From a bacterium (GTDB taxonomy: Bacteria > Vulcanimicrobiota > Vulcanimicrobiia > Vulcanimicrobiales > SCRA01), in NCBI GenBank assembly GCA_004298675.1, contig SCRI01000058.1, positions 72,669 through 136,668 on the forward strand: a stretch of DNA of 64,000 nucleotides. Direction: 5' to 3'. How positions within the stretch are numbered: the stretch's first letter is position 1; each line of letters starts with the position of its first letter. Below the pieces are notes generated by a model. The model had not been told where the DNA came from. It worked only from the letters and a program-made list of their open reading frames with translations, and did no database searches. Both the position numbers and the translations under genes were made by a program. Shown here piece by piece: positions 19,524-27,709 of the stretch.

Positions 19524-21445
19524 GCGCTGCGCTCGGCGCGGATGCCCAGCTCGGCCCGGCGCAGCGAGATGGCGAAGGTCGCGCCGAAGCCCGGCACCGA
19601 GCGCACCGTGAGCGTCCCACCCATGCGCTCGATGAGTTCCCGCGAGATGTAGAGGCCCAAGCCGACTCCCCGACGTTTCTTCGACGTAGCGTTGGCTTGA
19701 TAGAACTTCTCGAAGATGTGCACCTGCTCGGCGGGGGCGATTCCCGGACCGTCGTCGCTGACGGCGATCTCGACGCGTTCGCCGGCGGCCCGGGCGCGTA
19801 CCAGCACGCGCCCGCCCGGGGTGTACTTGTAGGCGTTGGTCACGAGGTTTACCAGTACTTGCTCCAGGCGATCGCGGTCGGCCAACACGCCCAGCGTGGG
19901 GGGAACCTCCAGCACCAGGTGGTGCGTGGGCGACTCCGATTCGAGCAGGCCTAGCCCGCGCACGGCCGCCCCCAGCGGAATCGGCTCGACCAGCAGCGCC
20001 AGGCGTCCGCTCTCCAGCAGCGCCGACTGCATCAAGTCGTCGATCATGCGGGTGAGGCGATTGGCGGCGCGATCGATCAAGCGCAGGATCTCGCGCACCG
20101 CCGGGTCGAGATCGGTGCGCTCCTGGAGCAGCACGGCGAAGCCTTTGACGGCGGTGAGCGGCGTACGCAGATCGTGCGAGACGGCGGCGATGAACTCCGA
20201 TTTCAGCGCTTCAACGGCCTCCTGCTCGGTGAGGTCGCGCAAGAGCGTTAGCGATCGCTTCCCCTCACCCACCGGGCGGACGTGCACCTCCACTGGATGC
20301 CGCGCTCGGCCCACGAGCGCGCGCCCCTCATGCAGACCCTCTAAGCCCAACGCCTCCGTCAAGCCGGCGCCGGTGAGCGCGCCGGCCACCTCGCCGGCGA
20401 GCGCGCCCGCAGCCTCGTTGGCGACGACGATGTTGCCGTGCTCGTCGGAGAGCACGATGCCGATCGGCACGTCCGCGAAGATCTGCTCCAGCAGCCTGCG
20501 CTCCTCGCCCAGGCTGCATAGGAGCGCAGAGGCTCCGATCGAGAGGTCTGCGGTGTCGGCGAGCAGCGCAAGCGAGGTCAGGTCGTCGTCCGAGAGCATC
20601 GGCAAACGCACTTCAAGCGTGGCCGAGGCGGCGCGCAGTGGATAGCGGATGACCGTGGCTGCCCCCTCCACCCGCGGCCATTCCAGAGCTGCGCCCTCGA
20701 GCGCGGCGGCGGGGCTCGCGGCGCTGATGTGAGCGCAGCCGGCGAGGCCGAAATACGAATCCACCGCCTGCTCCGCAAGCCGCTGAACCACTGCCGTCTC
20801 GCGCATCCCAAAGGTGCCCAAGGTCAGCTCGTGAGCCAACGTCAGTGCGCGATCGCGCGAGCGAATCGTTGCGCTGACGGCCGTGAGCGCCGTCACCAGC
20901 TCGCGTAACCCGATGACGGCGGCTGCAGCGATGCCCGCGAGCACCGGCCAGACGATCGACAACGCGAGCGGGTTGCCGCGAGCCGGGTCCAGGCTAATCA
21001 GCAGTGCTGCGGCCAGCAGGGTCAGCAGCAGCGCGGCCCGTTTGAGGGCAGCGCGTGCACCGCTGCCCGTTAGCCCGAGTGCGGTCCCGAGAGTCCGTTG
21101 ACCCCAGCGCATGACGAGGGGTGTGACGGCCAGAGCCGCGAGCAGGGCGCCGCTGCCCGGCGCGGCTGGGAAGACGGTCGCACCCGCTGCAGCCAGCGCC
21201 GCGGCGTAGCCGGCTCGTGCGAGGTTGCGCCAAGCCGGGGGTGCGTTCAACAGATTGGCGGCAACGAAAGCCAGCGCTAGGATAGCCACGAGCGCCCCCA
21301 CGACCACGAGCAGAAGGCGCGCCGGTCCGGCCGGGGCCGCTAGGGACTCCGGACCGATCCAGAGCATCACGCTACCCGCCGCGAGGCCGACGGCGGCCGC
21401 GGCGTAGTCGTCGATGCGGACTGTGGGCCCGATCACTACGCGCAC
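19520..21445 (-). CDS. Membrane sensor histidine kinase (multi-TM N-terminus, PAS-like, HisKA, HATPase_c)
   Basis: SHDLRTPLTAVKG, NLVTNAYKYT, DDGPGI, GVGLGLYISRE. The start is placed at GTG 21445 (21436 and 21547 are alternatives). The stop overlaps the response-regulator start (ATGA). Confidence 0.85.
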   Translation of the reverse strand: MRVVIGPTVRIDDYAAAAVGLAAGSVMLWIGPESLAAPAGPARLLLVVVGALVAILALAFVAANLLNAPPAWRNLARAGYAAALAAAGATVFPAAPGSGALLAALAVTPLVMRWGQRTLGTALGLTGSGARAALKRAALLLTLLAAALLISLDPARGNPLALSIVWPVLAGIAAAAVIGLRELVTALTAVSATIRSRDRALTLAHELTLGTFGMRETAVVQRLAEQAVDSYFGLAGCAHISAASPAAALEGAALEWPRVEGAATVIRYPLRAASATLEVRLPMLSDDDLTSLALLADTADLSIGASALLCSLGEERRLLEQIFADVPIGIVLSDEHGNIVVANEAAGALAGEVAGALTGAGLTEALGLEGLHEGRALVGRARHPVEVHVRPVGEGKRSLTLLRDLTEQEAVEALKSEFIAAVSHDLRTPLTAVKGFAVLLQERTDLDPAVREILRLIDRAANRLTRMIDDLMQSALLESGRLALLVEPIPLGAAVRGLGLLESESPTHHLVLEVPPTLGVLADRDRLEQVLVNLVTNAYKYTPGGRVLVRARAAGERVEIAVSDDGPGIAPAEQVHIFEKFYQANATSKKRRGVGLGLYISRELIERMGGTLTVRSVPGFGATFAISLRRAELGIRAERSA

Positions 21446-21503
21446 GCCCCGGTTATCGGACGTACCTGATGCCTGCTTGAGGATTCGCCTGTCCGGCGTC
21501 GAT

Positions 21504-21572
21504 CTATTCGGAAATTTCGCTATTATCCAAACGAACCGACGCCACAATAGGATAATATCCGAAAATATCGAA
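21504..21572. promoter_or_regulatory. AT-rich promoter/operator region of the lrp-kdd-kamA operon (candidate Lrp/AsnC autoregulatory sites)
   Basis: This is the most AT-rich stretch I noticed by eye in the window: tattcggaaatttcgctATTATCCaaacgaaccgacgccacaataGGATAATatccgaaaatatcgaa. It contains the inverted repeat ATTATCC(21522-28)/GGATAAT(21550-56) and a TAATAT -10-like hexamer at 21553-58. Confidence 0.5.
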
Positions 21573-21583
21573 GCGGCGCGGCC

Positions 21584-22087
21584 ATGGGCGACTTAGACCG
21601 GACCGACCTGGCTCTGCTGGAGGCGCTCCAGCGCAATGCGCGCTCCACCTACGCCGAGCTGGGCGACGCGATCGGCTTGCGTCCGCCGGCCGTGCACGAC
21701 CGCATCCGCAAACTCGAGGAGCGCGGCGTTTTGGTTCAATACGGCGCGCGGCTCGACCTCGAAAAAGTGGGATTGGCCGTAAACGCCTTCATCGGCGTGA
21801 TCACCACCCCCGATTGCGACTACGACGCCTTCGTCGCGCTCATCTCCGCGCTGCCCGAGGTGCTTGAGGTGCATAGTGTGGCGGGCGAAGACTCCTACCT
21901 GCTCAAGGTCGCGACGCGCAACACGCGCCATCTCGACTCGCTGCTCTCGCGGCTCAAGAGCGTCCCGGGCGCGGCGCGGACCAAGACTACCGTCATCCTT
22001 TCCACGGCCTACGAGCGTCCCGCAGTTCCGCTGCAGAGTCTCTCGGAGCCCGAGGAGCAGCCGTATTGGAAGAAGGCCACGGCGTGA
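21584..22087 (+). CDS. Lrp/AsnC family transcriptional regulator
   Basis: 167 aa: DRTDLALLEALQRNARSTYAELGDAIGLRPPAVHDRIRKLEERGV..., followed by an RAM-type ligand domain. Confidence 0.9.
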   Translation: MGDLDRTDLALLEALQRNARSTYAELGDAIGLRPPAVHDRIRKLEERGVLVQYGARLDLEKVGLAVNAFIGVITTPDCDYDAFVALISALPEVLEVHSVAGEDSYLLKVATRNTRHLDSLLSRLKSVPGAARTKTTVILSTAYERPAVPLQSLSEPEEQPYWKKATA

Positions 22088-23133
22088 AGCTCTGCCCTTA
22101 CGGCTCGCACCGGGTGCTCGAGCCGCTGGGCGCTCTTCCGCAGAATGCCTGGCGCGTCGACAACACTCCGCACGCCCTGGCCAACGAGATCCTGGTGGAC
22201 GTCGAGGCGCTCGCTATCGATTCCGCGTCCTTCCGGCAAATGTGCGAAGCGTGCGGCGGCGATCCCGCCGCCATCGCCGAGACGATCCTCCGGACGGTGC
22301 GCGAACGCGGCAAGCAGCACAATCCCGTGACGGGGAGCGGCGGTATGCTGGTCGGGTGCGTCGCTGAGATCGGCGCGCAACTGCGCAAGGACGACGGCTT
22401 GCGCGTGGGCGATCGGATTGCGACGCTGGTCTCGCTCTCGCTGACGCCGCTCTTCATCGAGCGCATCCTTGCCGTGGAGTGTGCCGCCGAGCGCGTTCGC
22501 ATCCAAGGCCAGGCCGTGCTGTTCGAGAGCGGCCTCTACGCCCGCCTCCCCGAGCGTCTACCGCTGGAGGTGGCGCTGGCCGTCCTCGACGTGGCGGGGG
22601 CGCCCGCGCAGACGTGGCGCATCTGTCGTGCCGGAGACCGTGTTCTCGTGCTTGGTGCCGGCGGTAAGAGCGGCATGCTCTGCGCCGCTCGCGCCAGAGA
22701 GGCAGTGGGAATGCAGGGTAGCGTCTTCGGTGTCGAGCGCGCGGCCAGTGAGTCGACGGAGCTGTTGCTGCGCGAGGGCTATCTCGACGCGTTGATTGAA
22801 GCCGACGCACGCGACGCGCTCGCCGTTGCCCGCGCTTTCGCGGAGATAGCCGGCGCTCCAGCCGACGTCGTCATCAACTGCGTCAACACCGCGGGCACCG
22901 AGCTTGCGGCGATCCTGCCGTGCCGGGAACGCGGAACGGTCTACTTCTTCAACATGGCCACCTCATTCGCGGCGGCGGCGTTGGGTGCCGAGGGTGTCGG
23001 CAAAGACGTCGATCTGCTGATCGGCAACGGTTACGCAGTTGGGCACGCACAGACCGCGCTCGAGACCGTGCTTGAGCGTCCGGCCTTGCTTGCCTATTTT
23101 CAGCGGCGCTTCGCCGCGGCTCAGCCAGTTTAG
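22084..23133 (+). CDS. kdd: L-erythro-3,5-diaminohexanoate dehydrogenase
   Basis: From GTG 22084, overlapping the lrp stop (GTGA): VKLCPYGSHRVLEPLGALPQ...NEILVDVEALAIDSASF...NPVTGSGGMLVG...VGDRIATLVSLSLTPL...LDVAGAPAQ...GAGGKSGMLCA...YFFNMATSFAAAALGAEGVGKD...IGNGY. These blocks match what I recall of characterised Kdd proteins. Confidence 0.8.
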   Translation: MKLCPYGSHRVLEPLGALPQNAWRVDNTPHALANEILVDVEALAIDSASFRQMCEACGGDPAAIAETILRTVRERGKQHNPVTGSGGMLVGCVAEIGAQLRKDDGLRVGDRIATLVSLSLTPLFIERILAVECAAERVRIQGQAVLFESGLYARLPERLPLEVALAVLDVAGAPAQTWRICRAGDRVLVLGAGGKSGMLCAARAREAVGMQGSVFGVERAASESTELLLREGYLDALIEADARDALAVARAFAEIAGAPADVVINCVNTAGTELAAILPCRERGTVYFFNMATSFAAAALGAEGVGKDVDLLIGNGYAVGHAQTALETVLERPALLAYFQRRFAAAQPV

Positions 23134-23142
23134 AGGAAGATC

Positions 23143-24528
23143 ATGGCAGCCATCCAGTTCACGCGCGAGCGCGCCACTACCGTCAGCAAGGGGATCAAGC
23201 CACCCGCGCCGCCCGCTGCGTTCGAGCACACTCAACTGCGCCAAGGCGAATTCTGGCGCGTCATACCGAAGTATCGTGACGTCAACGAGGCGACCTTCCT
23301 CGATCACGTCTGGCAATACCGCAACTCGGTCAAGACCACCGAGGAGTTGGTGGAGACGGTGCAAGAGCTGGCGCCGCCGGAGTTCGTACAGGATCTACGC
23401 GACGGCTTCCACCGCGCCCCCATGAACGTGCGCGTTCCACCCTACACGCTTTCGCTGATCGACTGGAACGATCCATACGACGACCCCATTCGCACGCAGT
23501 TCATTCCGCTCGCGTCACGCATGCTGCCGGACCATCCCAAGCTCTCGCTGGATTCCCTGCACGAGCGCGAGGACGCCCCGGTCGTAGGTCTCACGCATCG
23601 CTACGAGGACAAGGCGCTCTTTCTGCCGACTAACGTCTGCCCGGTGTATTGCCGCTTCTGCACGCGCTCGTACGCCATCGGCGGCGATACCGAGACCGTG
23701 GAGAAGGCCGAGCTCGCCACCGATCCCAAGCGCTGGCAGGCTGCGTTCGACTACGTCGCTTCGCGTCCGGAGCTCGAGGACATCGTGATCTCCGGAGGAG
23801 ACGCGTACCAAGTTCCCGCCAAGAGCATCGAGCGCATCGGCAACGCGTTGCTGGACATCCCGCACATCCGGCGTCTGCGCTTCGCGACCAAGGGGCTCGC
23901 CGTGATCCCCAGCAAAGTGCTCACCGATCACGCCTGGGTCGACGCTTTGACGCGTGTGGTTGAGCGCGGACGCACGCTGGGCAAGGACGTCTGCGTCCAC
24001 ACCCATATCAACAGCCCGAACGAGATCACCTGGATCACAGAGCAGGCGATGCGCGTGCTATTCGAGCGCGGCATCTACGTGCGCAATCAGTCGGTGTTGA
24101 TCCGCGGCGTGAACGATACGCCCGAGACGATGCGGCTGCTGGTCAGGCGGCTCGGCTACGTCAACATTCACCCGTACTACGTCTATATGCACGACATGGT
24201 CATGGGAGTGGAGGATCTGCGCACCACGGTCGACACCGCACTGGTCATCGAGAAGTTCGTACGCGGCGCGACGGCGGGCTTCAACACGCCCACGTTCGTC
24301 TGTGACGCCCCCGGCGGCGGCGGCAAGCGCGACGTGCACAGCTTCGAGCACTACGACCGGGAGAACGGAATCGCCGTCTACACCGCCCCCAGCGTCAAGC
24401 CCGGGCAATGGTTCCTCTACTTCGATCCCATCGACCGGCTCGTACCGGAGGCGCAGGCGCGTTGGAAGGATGCCAACGAGCGGGAGCGGATGGTTGCGGC
24501 GGCGCTCAAGGCCGCGGGCGCCTCATAG
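23143..24528 (+). CDS. kamA: Lysine 2,3-aminomutase (radical SAM/PLP)
   Basis: 461 aa: LTHRYEDKALFLPTNVCPVYCRFCTRSY, ISGGDAY, and the FATKG...RSQS-type blocks. The SD AGAGGAAGA lies upstream. Substrate is assigned from linkage to kdd and kce. Confidence 0.82.
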   Translation: MAAIQFTRERATTVSKGIKPPAPPAAFEHTQLRQGEFWRVIPKYRDVNEATFLDHVWQYRNSVKTTEELVETVQELAPPEFVQDLRDGFHRAPMNVRVPPYTLSLIDWNDPYDDPIRTQFIPLASRMLPDHPKLSLDSLHEREDAPVVGLTHRYEDKALFLPTNVCPVYCRFCTRSYAIGGDTETVEKAELATDPKRWQAAFDYVASRPELEDIVISGGDAYQVPAKSIERIGNALLDIPHIRRLRFATKGLAVIPSKVLTDHAWVDALTRVVERGRTLGKDVCVHTHINSPNEITWITEQAMRVLFERGIYVRNQSVLIRGVNDTPETMRLLVRRLGYVNIHPYYVYMHDMVMGVEDLRTTVDTALVIEKFVRGATAGFNTPTFVCDAPGGGGKRDVHSFEHYDRENGIAVYTAPSVKPGQWFLYFDPIDRLVPEAQARWKDANERERMVAAALKAAGAS

Positions 24529-24613
24529 GCCCGAGATCTTTACATGAGTTTTACAATTCGCTCGGAGGCCGCCCTGGGGGTGAAGCGGCCTTTGCTCCGA
24601 ATGTACCCTGTCC

Positions 24614-24979
24614 ATGCCTCGCATCGTGATTGCGGACGACGATCCGGACATCTTGACGCTGATTCGGGCGACGCTCAAGGCTTTCAAGGCGGACGTCATC
24701 GCGTGTACCGATGCGGAGGAGGCGTTGATCGAGATCGACCATGCGCCGCCGGATCTCATCATCTCCGACTTCATGCTTCCCGGCATCTCCGGCATCGAGT
24801 TCGTGAAAAAAGTACGCGAGCATCGGAGCACCGCCGCGACGCCCATTCTCATGGTTACCGGCCATACGAACTATGCCATGGAGGGGCGCGCTATCGCGGC
24901 GGGCGCCAATCGCTTCCTCTACAAACCGTTTTCTCCGTCGCAACTGCGCGTGGCGGTGCGCCAGCTTCTCACGGCCTGA
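24614..24979 (+). CDS. Stand-alone CheY-like receiver domain protein
   Basis: 121 aa: RIVIADDDPD...DLIISDFMLPGISG...ILMVTG...LYKPF. All canonical receiver residues are present. Confidence 0.88.
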   Translation: MPRIVIADDDPDILTLIRATLKAFKADVIACTDAEEALIEIDHAPPDLIISDFMLPGISGIEFVKKVREHRSTAATPILMVTGHTNYAMEGRAIAAGANRFLYKPFSPSQLRVAVRQLLTA

Positions 24980-25102
24980 GCCATGCCGGGATGGAGACTC
25001 CCCCAGCCTCCACCCCATGCATGGGGCGAGTACGTCACCACTCAGACCTGAGCCGGCAATCGGCCCGCTGCAGCCTGAGCCTTCCACGGTGTCGCCCTCG
25101 AC

Positions 25103-25118
25103 GTTATTCTAGGATAAC
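25103..25118. promoter_or_regulatory. Near-perfect 16-bp palindrome GTTATTCTAGGATAAC, 19 nt upstream of the kamB-like start
   Basis: Read from the sequence. It has one mismatch from perfect dyad symmetry, is AT-rich in a GC-rich background, and shares the GGATAA/TTATCC half-site with the lrp upstream region. Confidence 0.4.
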
Positions 25119-25136
25119 CCAGTTAAGCGAGCATCC

Positions 25137-26057
25137 GTGAAAGTACCTAACTTTCCCGGACGCCGTGACGTGGCAGCGGATCTACTCGTGCGCGCTCGTG
25201 GCAGCGCGTCGTGCTCCATTGCAGTCGTTGGTCCGGGCAAAGATGTTGGGAAGACCGTCACGGCGCTTGCGCTGGTGCGTGCGGCGCGGCGCGCGGGATA
25301 CGCGACCGCGATGACGTCGATGGGACGCGACGGCGAGCATCAGGATGTGGCGACCACGCTTGCGAAGCCGCGCATCGTGCTGCCGGCCGGCACGTTGATC
25401 GCAACGGCCACCGCACTGTTGCCGCGCTCTCCCGCGGTCGAGATCGTGGAGCTCTGCGAGCATCTCACGGCGCTGGGGCCAGTGGCGATCGCGCGAGTAC
25501 GCACCGAATGCGCCGTCGAGTTGGCGGGTCCGAGCACGGGCGCGGCCATGCGCGACGTCATCGAGCGTTTGAAGCATGACGCGCAGGTCGTGGTGATGGA
25601 TGGTGCCGTCGATCGTATGGCGGCGACCGCAGGCGGCGACGATGCGCTCGTGGTCGCGACGGGGGCGGCGCTGGCGCCGACGCTCGCCGGTGTGCTGGAG
25701 CAGACGCGCGCGCTGGTGGCTCGCCTGACGATTCCGCAGGGGGTGCCGGCGGGGGCCATCGTCGTCGGGGGCGCGCTGACGTCCGCGCGGGCTTGCGAGC
25801 TGCTCGCGCGCGACGATCTCGAGCGCGGCGTCGTCGTGCGGGATCCGCACTCGCTCCAGCTTCCAGCCGCGTTGCTGACGGCCATACAGCGGCGCGGGCC
25901 GGTGAGCTGCCGGCGCCCTCTGAACGTCGTAGCGGCAACGGTATCGGCGCAGGGGCCCAGGCACGCTCTCGATCCCGTGGCCCTCGCTCGCGCCGTGGCG
26001 GACAGCACCGGGCTGCCGGTATACGACATCTATCGCAATGCGGTGGTGGGCGGGTGA
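25137..26057 (+). CDS. P-loop NTPase-like protein of lysine-fermentation loci (KamB-like, putative aminomutase reactivase subunit)
   Basis: 306 aa with a deviant Walker-A-like IAVVGPGKDVGKTV. It sits between kamA and a MutS-like ATPase, as I recall for kam clusters. The stop overlaps the next start (GTGA). Confidence 0.5.
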   Translation: MKVPNFPGRRDVAADLLVRARGSASCSIAVVGPGKDVGKTVTALALVRAARRAGYATAMTSMGRDGEHQDVATTLAKPRIVLPAGTLIATATALLPRSPAVEIVELCEHLTALGPVAIARVRTECAVELAGPSTGAAMRDVIERLKHDAQVVVMDGAVDRMAATAGGDDALVVATGAALAPTLAGVLEQTRALVARLTIPQGVPAGAIVVGGALTSARACELLARDDLERGVVVRDPHSLQLPAALLTAIQRRGPVSCRRPLNVVAATVSAQGPRHALDPVALARAVADSTGLPVYDIYRNAVVGG

Positions 26058-27709
26058 GGAGCCGTTCGGCGCTTACCGACGCGCAAACCGCGGAGGCGCT
26101 CGGCGCCGCCTGGCTCGAGCGCGTGCTGGAGCCCGTCTCGCGGGCTGGGCGCTTGGCTAAAGACGGGCTCCGCCCGTTTGCTCCCGGTCAGGAGAGCGAG
26201 GCGCGCGCGGCCGCCGCCGAGGTGTTGCAGACCGCGCAGCGCTGCGGAGAGGGGCAGGCGCGCACGCTGCGAGAGATCCTGCGGCGGCTACCCGAGCCCG
26301 GCGCGACGCTTGCGCTGGTGGCGGCGGGCGGCACCATTGACGACGCGGAGCTCACTGGGCTGCTGCTCTTCCTGGAGGGGCTACGCACGCTGCGCGAGCG
26401 TGGACGGGGGCTGCTGCCGGAGCGGCTGCTGCCCGAGTCCCTCGAAGATCTGTACGCTCACTTGGCGCGCGGGCGCACGCGCGGCGGCGGATTCTACCTC
26501 GATGACGCCTTCGATCCCGCCCTGGCGCACGTCCGCAGCGCTGCCGAACGGGCGCGCCAAGACTACGCGTGCGAGCGCGCCCGCCTGCGCGCGGCCGCCG
26601 AGGCGGTGCTGGGCGATGCGGCGCGTGAGGACGGGGAGTTCGCGATCATGCGCGACACGTTCGCCGGACCGGCGCCGGCCTGCGTGCACGTGCTGCGTGA
26701 AGCCCCCCTCTACCGCATCTTCGAACTCAGCGATGACGCGGCGGCCCTGGCGGCTCTCGCAGTGTTAGAGGCGGCACGCGAGCAGGTCGCCACAGCCGAG
26801 GAGCGCGTGCGCGAGGCGCTGGCGCTGGAGTTGTGCGGGCGGGCCGGGGCCTTGTTGGCTCAGGCACGCCGCGCCGGCGAGATCGATCTCCACCTCGGCG
26901 CCGCGATCTTCGCCCAGGAGCACCACGCCGTCGCCGCCGAGATCGTCGCGGACCGGGAGCTGACCATCGTGGAGGGGCGTCTCCTGCCACTAGAACAGCG
27001 ACTGGCCGAGCAGGGGCGGCGTTACGTGCCGATCTCCTTCGAGTTGCGCGGTCAAGCCGTGATCACCGGTCCCAATATGGGCGGGAAATCGGCTGCGCTA
27101 CGAACGGCGGGCTTTATCCAGCTCTGCGCGCAGTGGGGGCTGCCCGTGCCGGCTCGTTCGGCACGCTTGGGGCTGGTCTCGTCGATCCGTTGGCTGGGCG
27201 GTGCCGCAGGGGACGAGCGCGACGGTTTGCTCTCGTCGTTTGGCAACGAGATCGTCGCTCTGGCCGGCGCGCTGGACGAAACGGCACCCGCCGCGCGCCT
27301 GCTGCTGATCGACGAGTTCGCCCGCAGCACCAGCCCGCGCGAAGGGAGGGCGCTGGTCGTGGCGTTGCTGCAAGCGCTGCGGGAACGCGGCGAGCTCGCG
27401 CTGGCCACCACGCACTTCGCGAACGTGGCCGAGGCCACGGGCGTCCCTCACTACGCCGTGGCCGGCGTTCGACGTGTTCTCGCCCAACCCGGCCTGGCCA
27501 AGCCGGCCTTGGCGGAGGCGCTGCGGATGATTGGGGAGGCCATGGACTACCGCTTGGTGCCCGCCTCGCTCGCCGGCGCGGCGGGCGAGGATGCCATCGC
27601 GCTTGCGCGCCTGCTCGGGCTCGATGGGCGCTTGATCGCGCACGCCGAACGAGAGCTGCGCGCCGCGCGTTCTCCTGAAGAGGAGAGGAGGGACGCATGG
27701 ATCCGCTGA
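26054..27709 (+). CDS. MutS-related ATPase (MutS domain V only; KamC-like, putative reactivase ATPase)
   Basis: From GTG 26054. Walker A is ITGPNMGGKSAALRTAGF, Walker B is LLLIDEFARSTSPREG, and then ATTHF. I recognised no mismatch-binding or Smr domain. The ORF-track start at 25793 is an artefact. Confidence 0.7.
   Translation: MRSRSALTDAQTAEALGAAWLERVLEPVSRAGRLAKDGLRPFAPGQESEARAAAAEVLQTAQRCGEGQARTLREILRRLPEPGATLALVAAGGTIDDAELTGLLLFLEGLRTLRERGRGLLPERLLPESLEDLYAHLARGRTRGGGFYLDDAFDPALAHVRSAAERARQDYACERARLRAAAEAVLGDAAREDGEFAIMRDTFAGPAPACVHVLREAPLYRIFELSDDAAALAALAVLEAAREQVATAEERVREALALELCGRAGALLAQARRAGEIDLHLGAAIFAQEHHAVAAEIVADRELTIVEGRLLPLEQRLAEQGRRYVPISFELRGQAVITGPNMGGKSAALRTAGFIQLCAQWGLPVPARSARLGLVSSIRWLGGAAGDERDGLLSSFGNEIVALAGALDETAPAARLLLIDEFARSTSPREGRALVVALLQALRERGELALATTHFANVAEATGVPHYAVAGVRRVLAQPGLAKPALAEALRMIGEAMDYRLVPASLAGAAGEDAIALARLLGLDGRLIAHAERELRAARSPEEERRDAWIR

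Noticed and set aside
24544-25140. 198-aa plus-strand ORF overlapping the receiver gene and the downstream spacer
   Set aside because: It is out of frame with a canonical CheY-like domain, and its sequence is Arg/His-rich and non-family-like.
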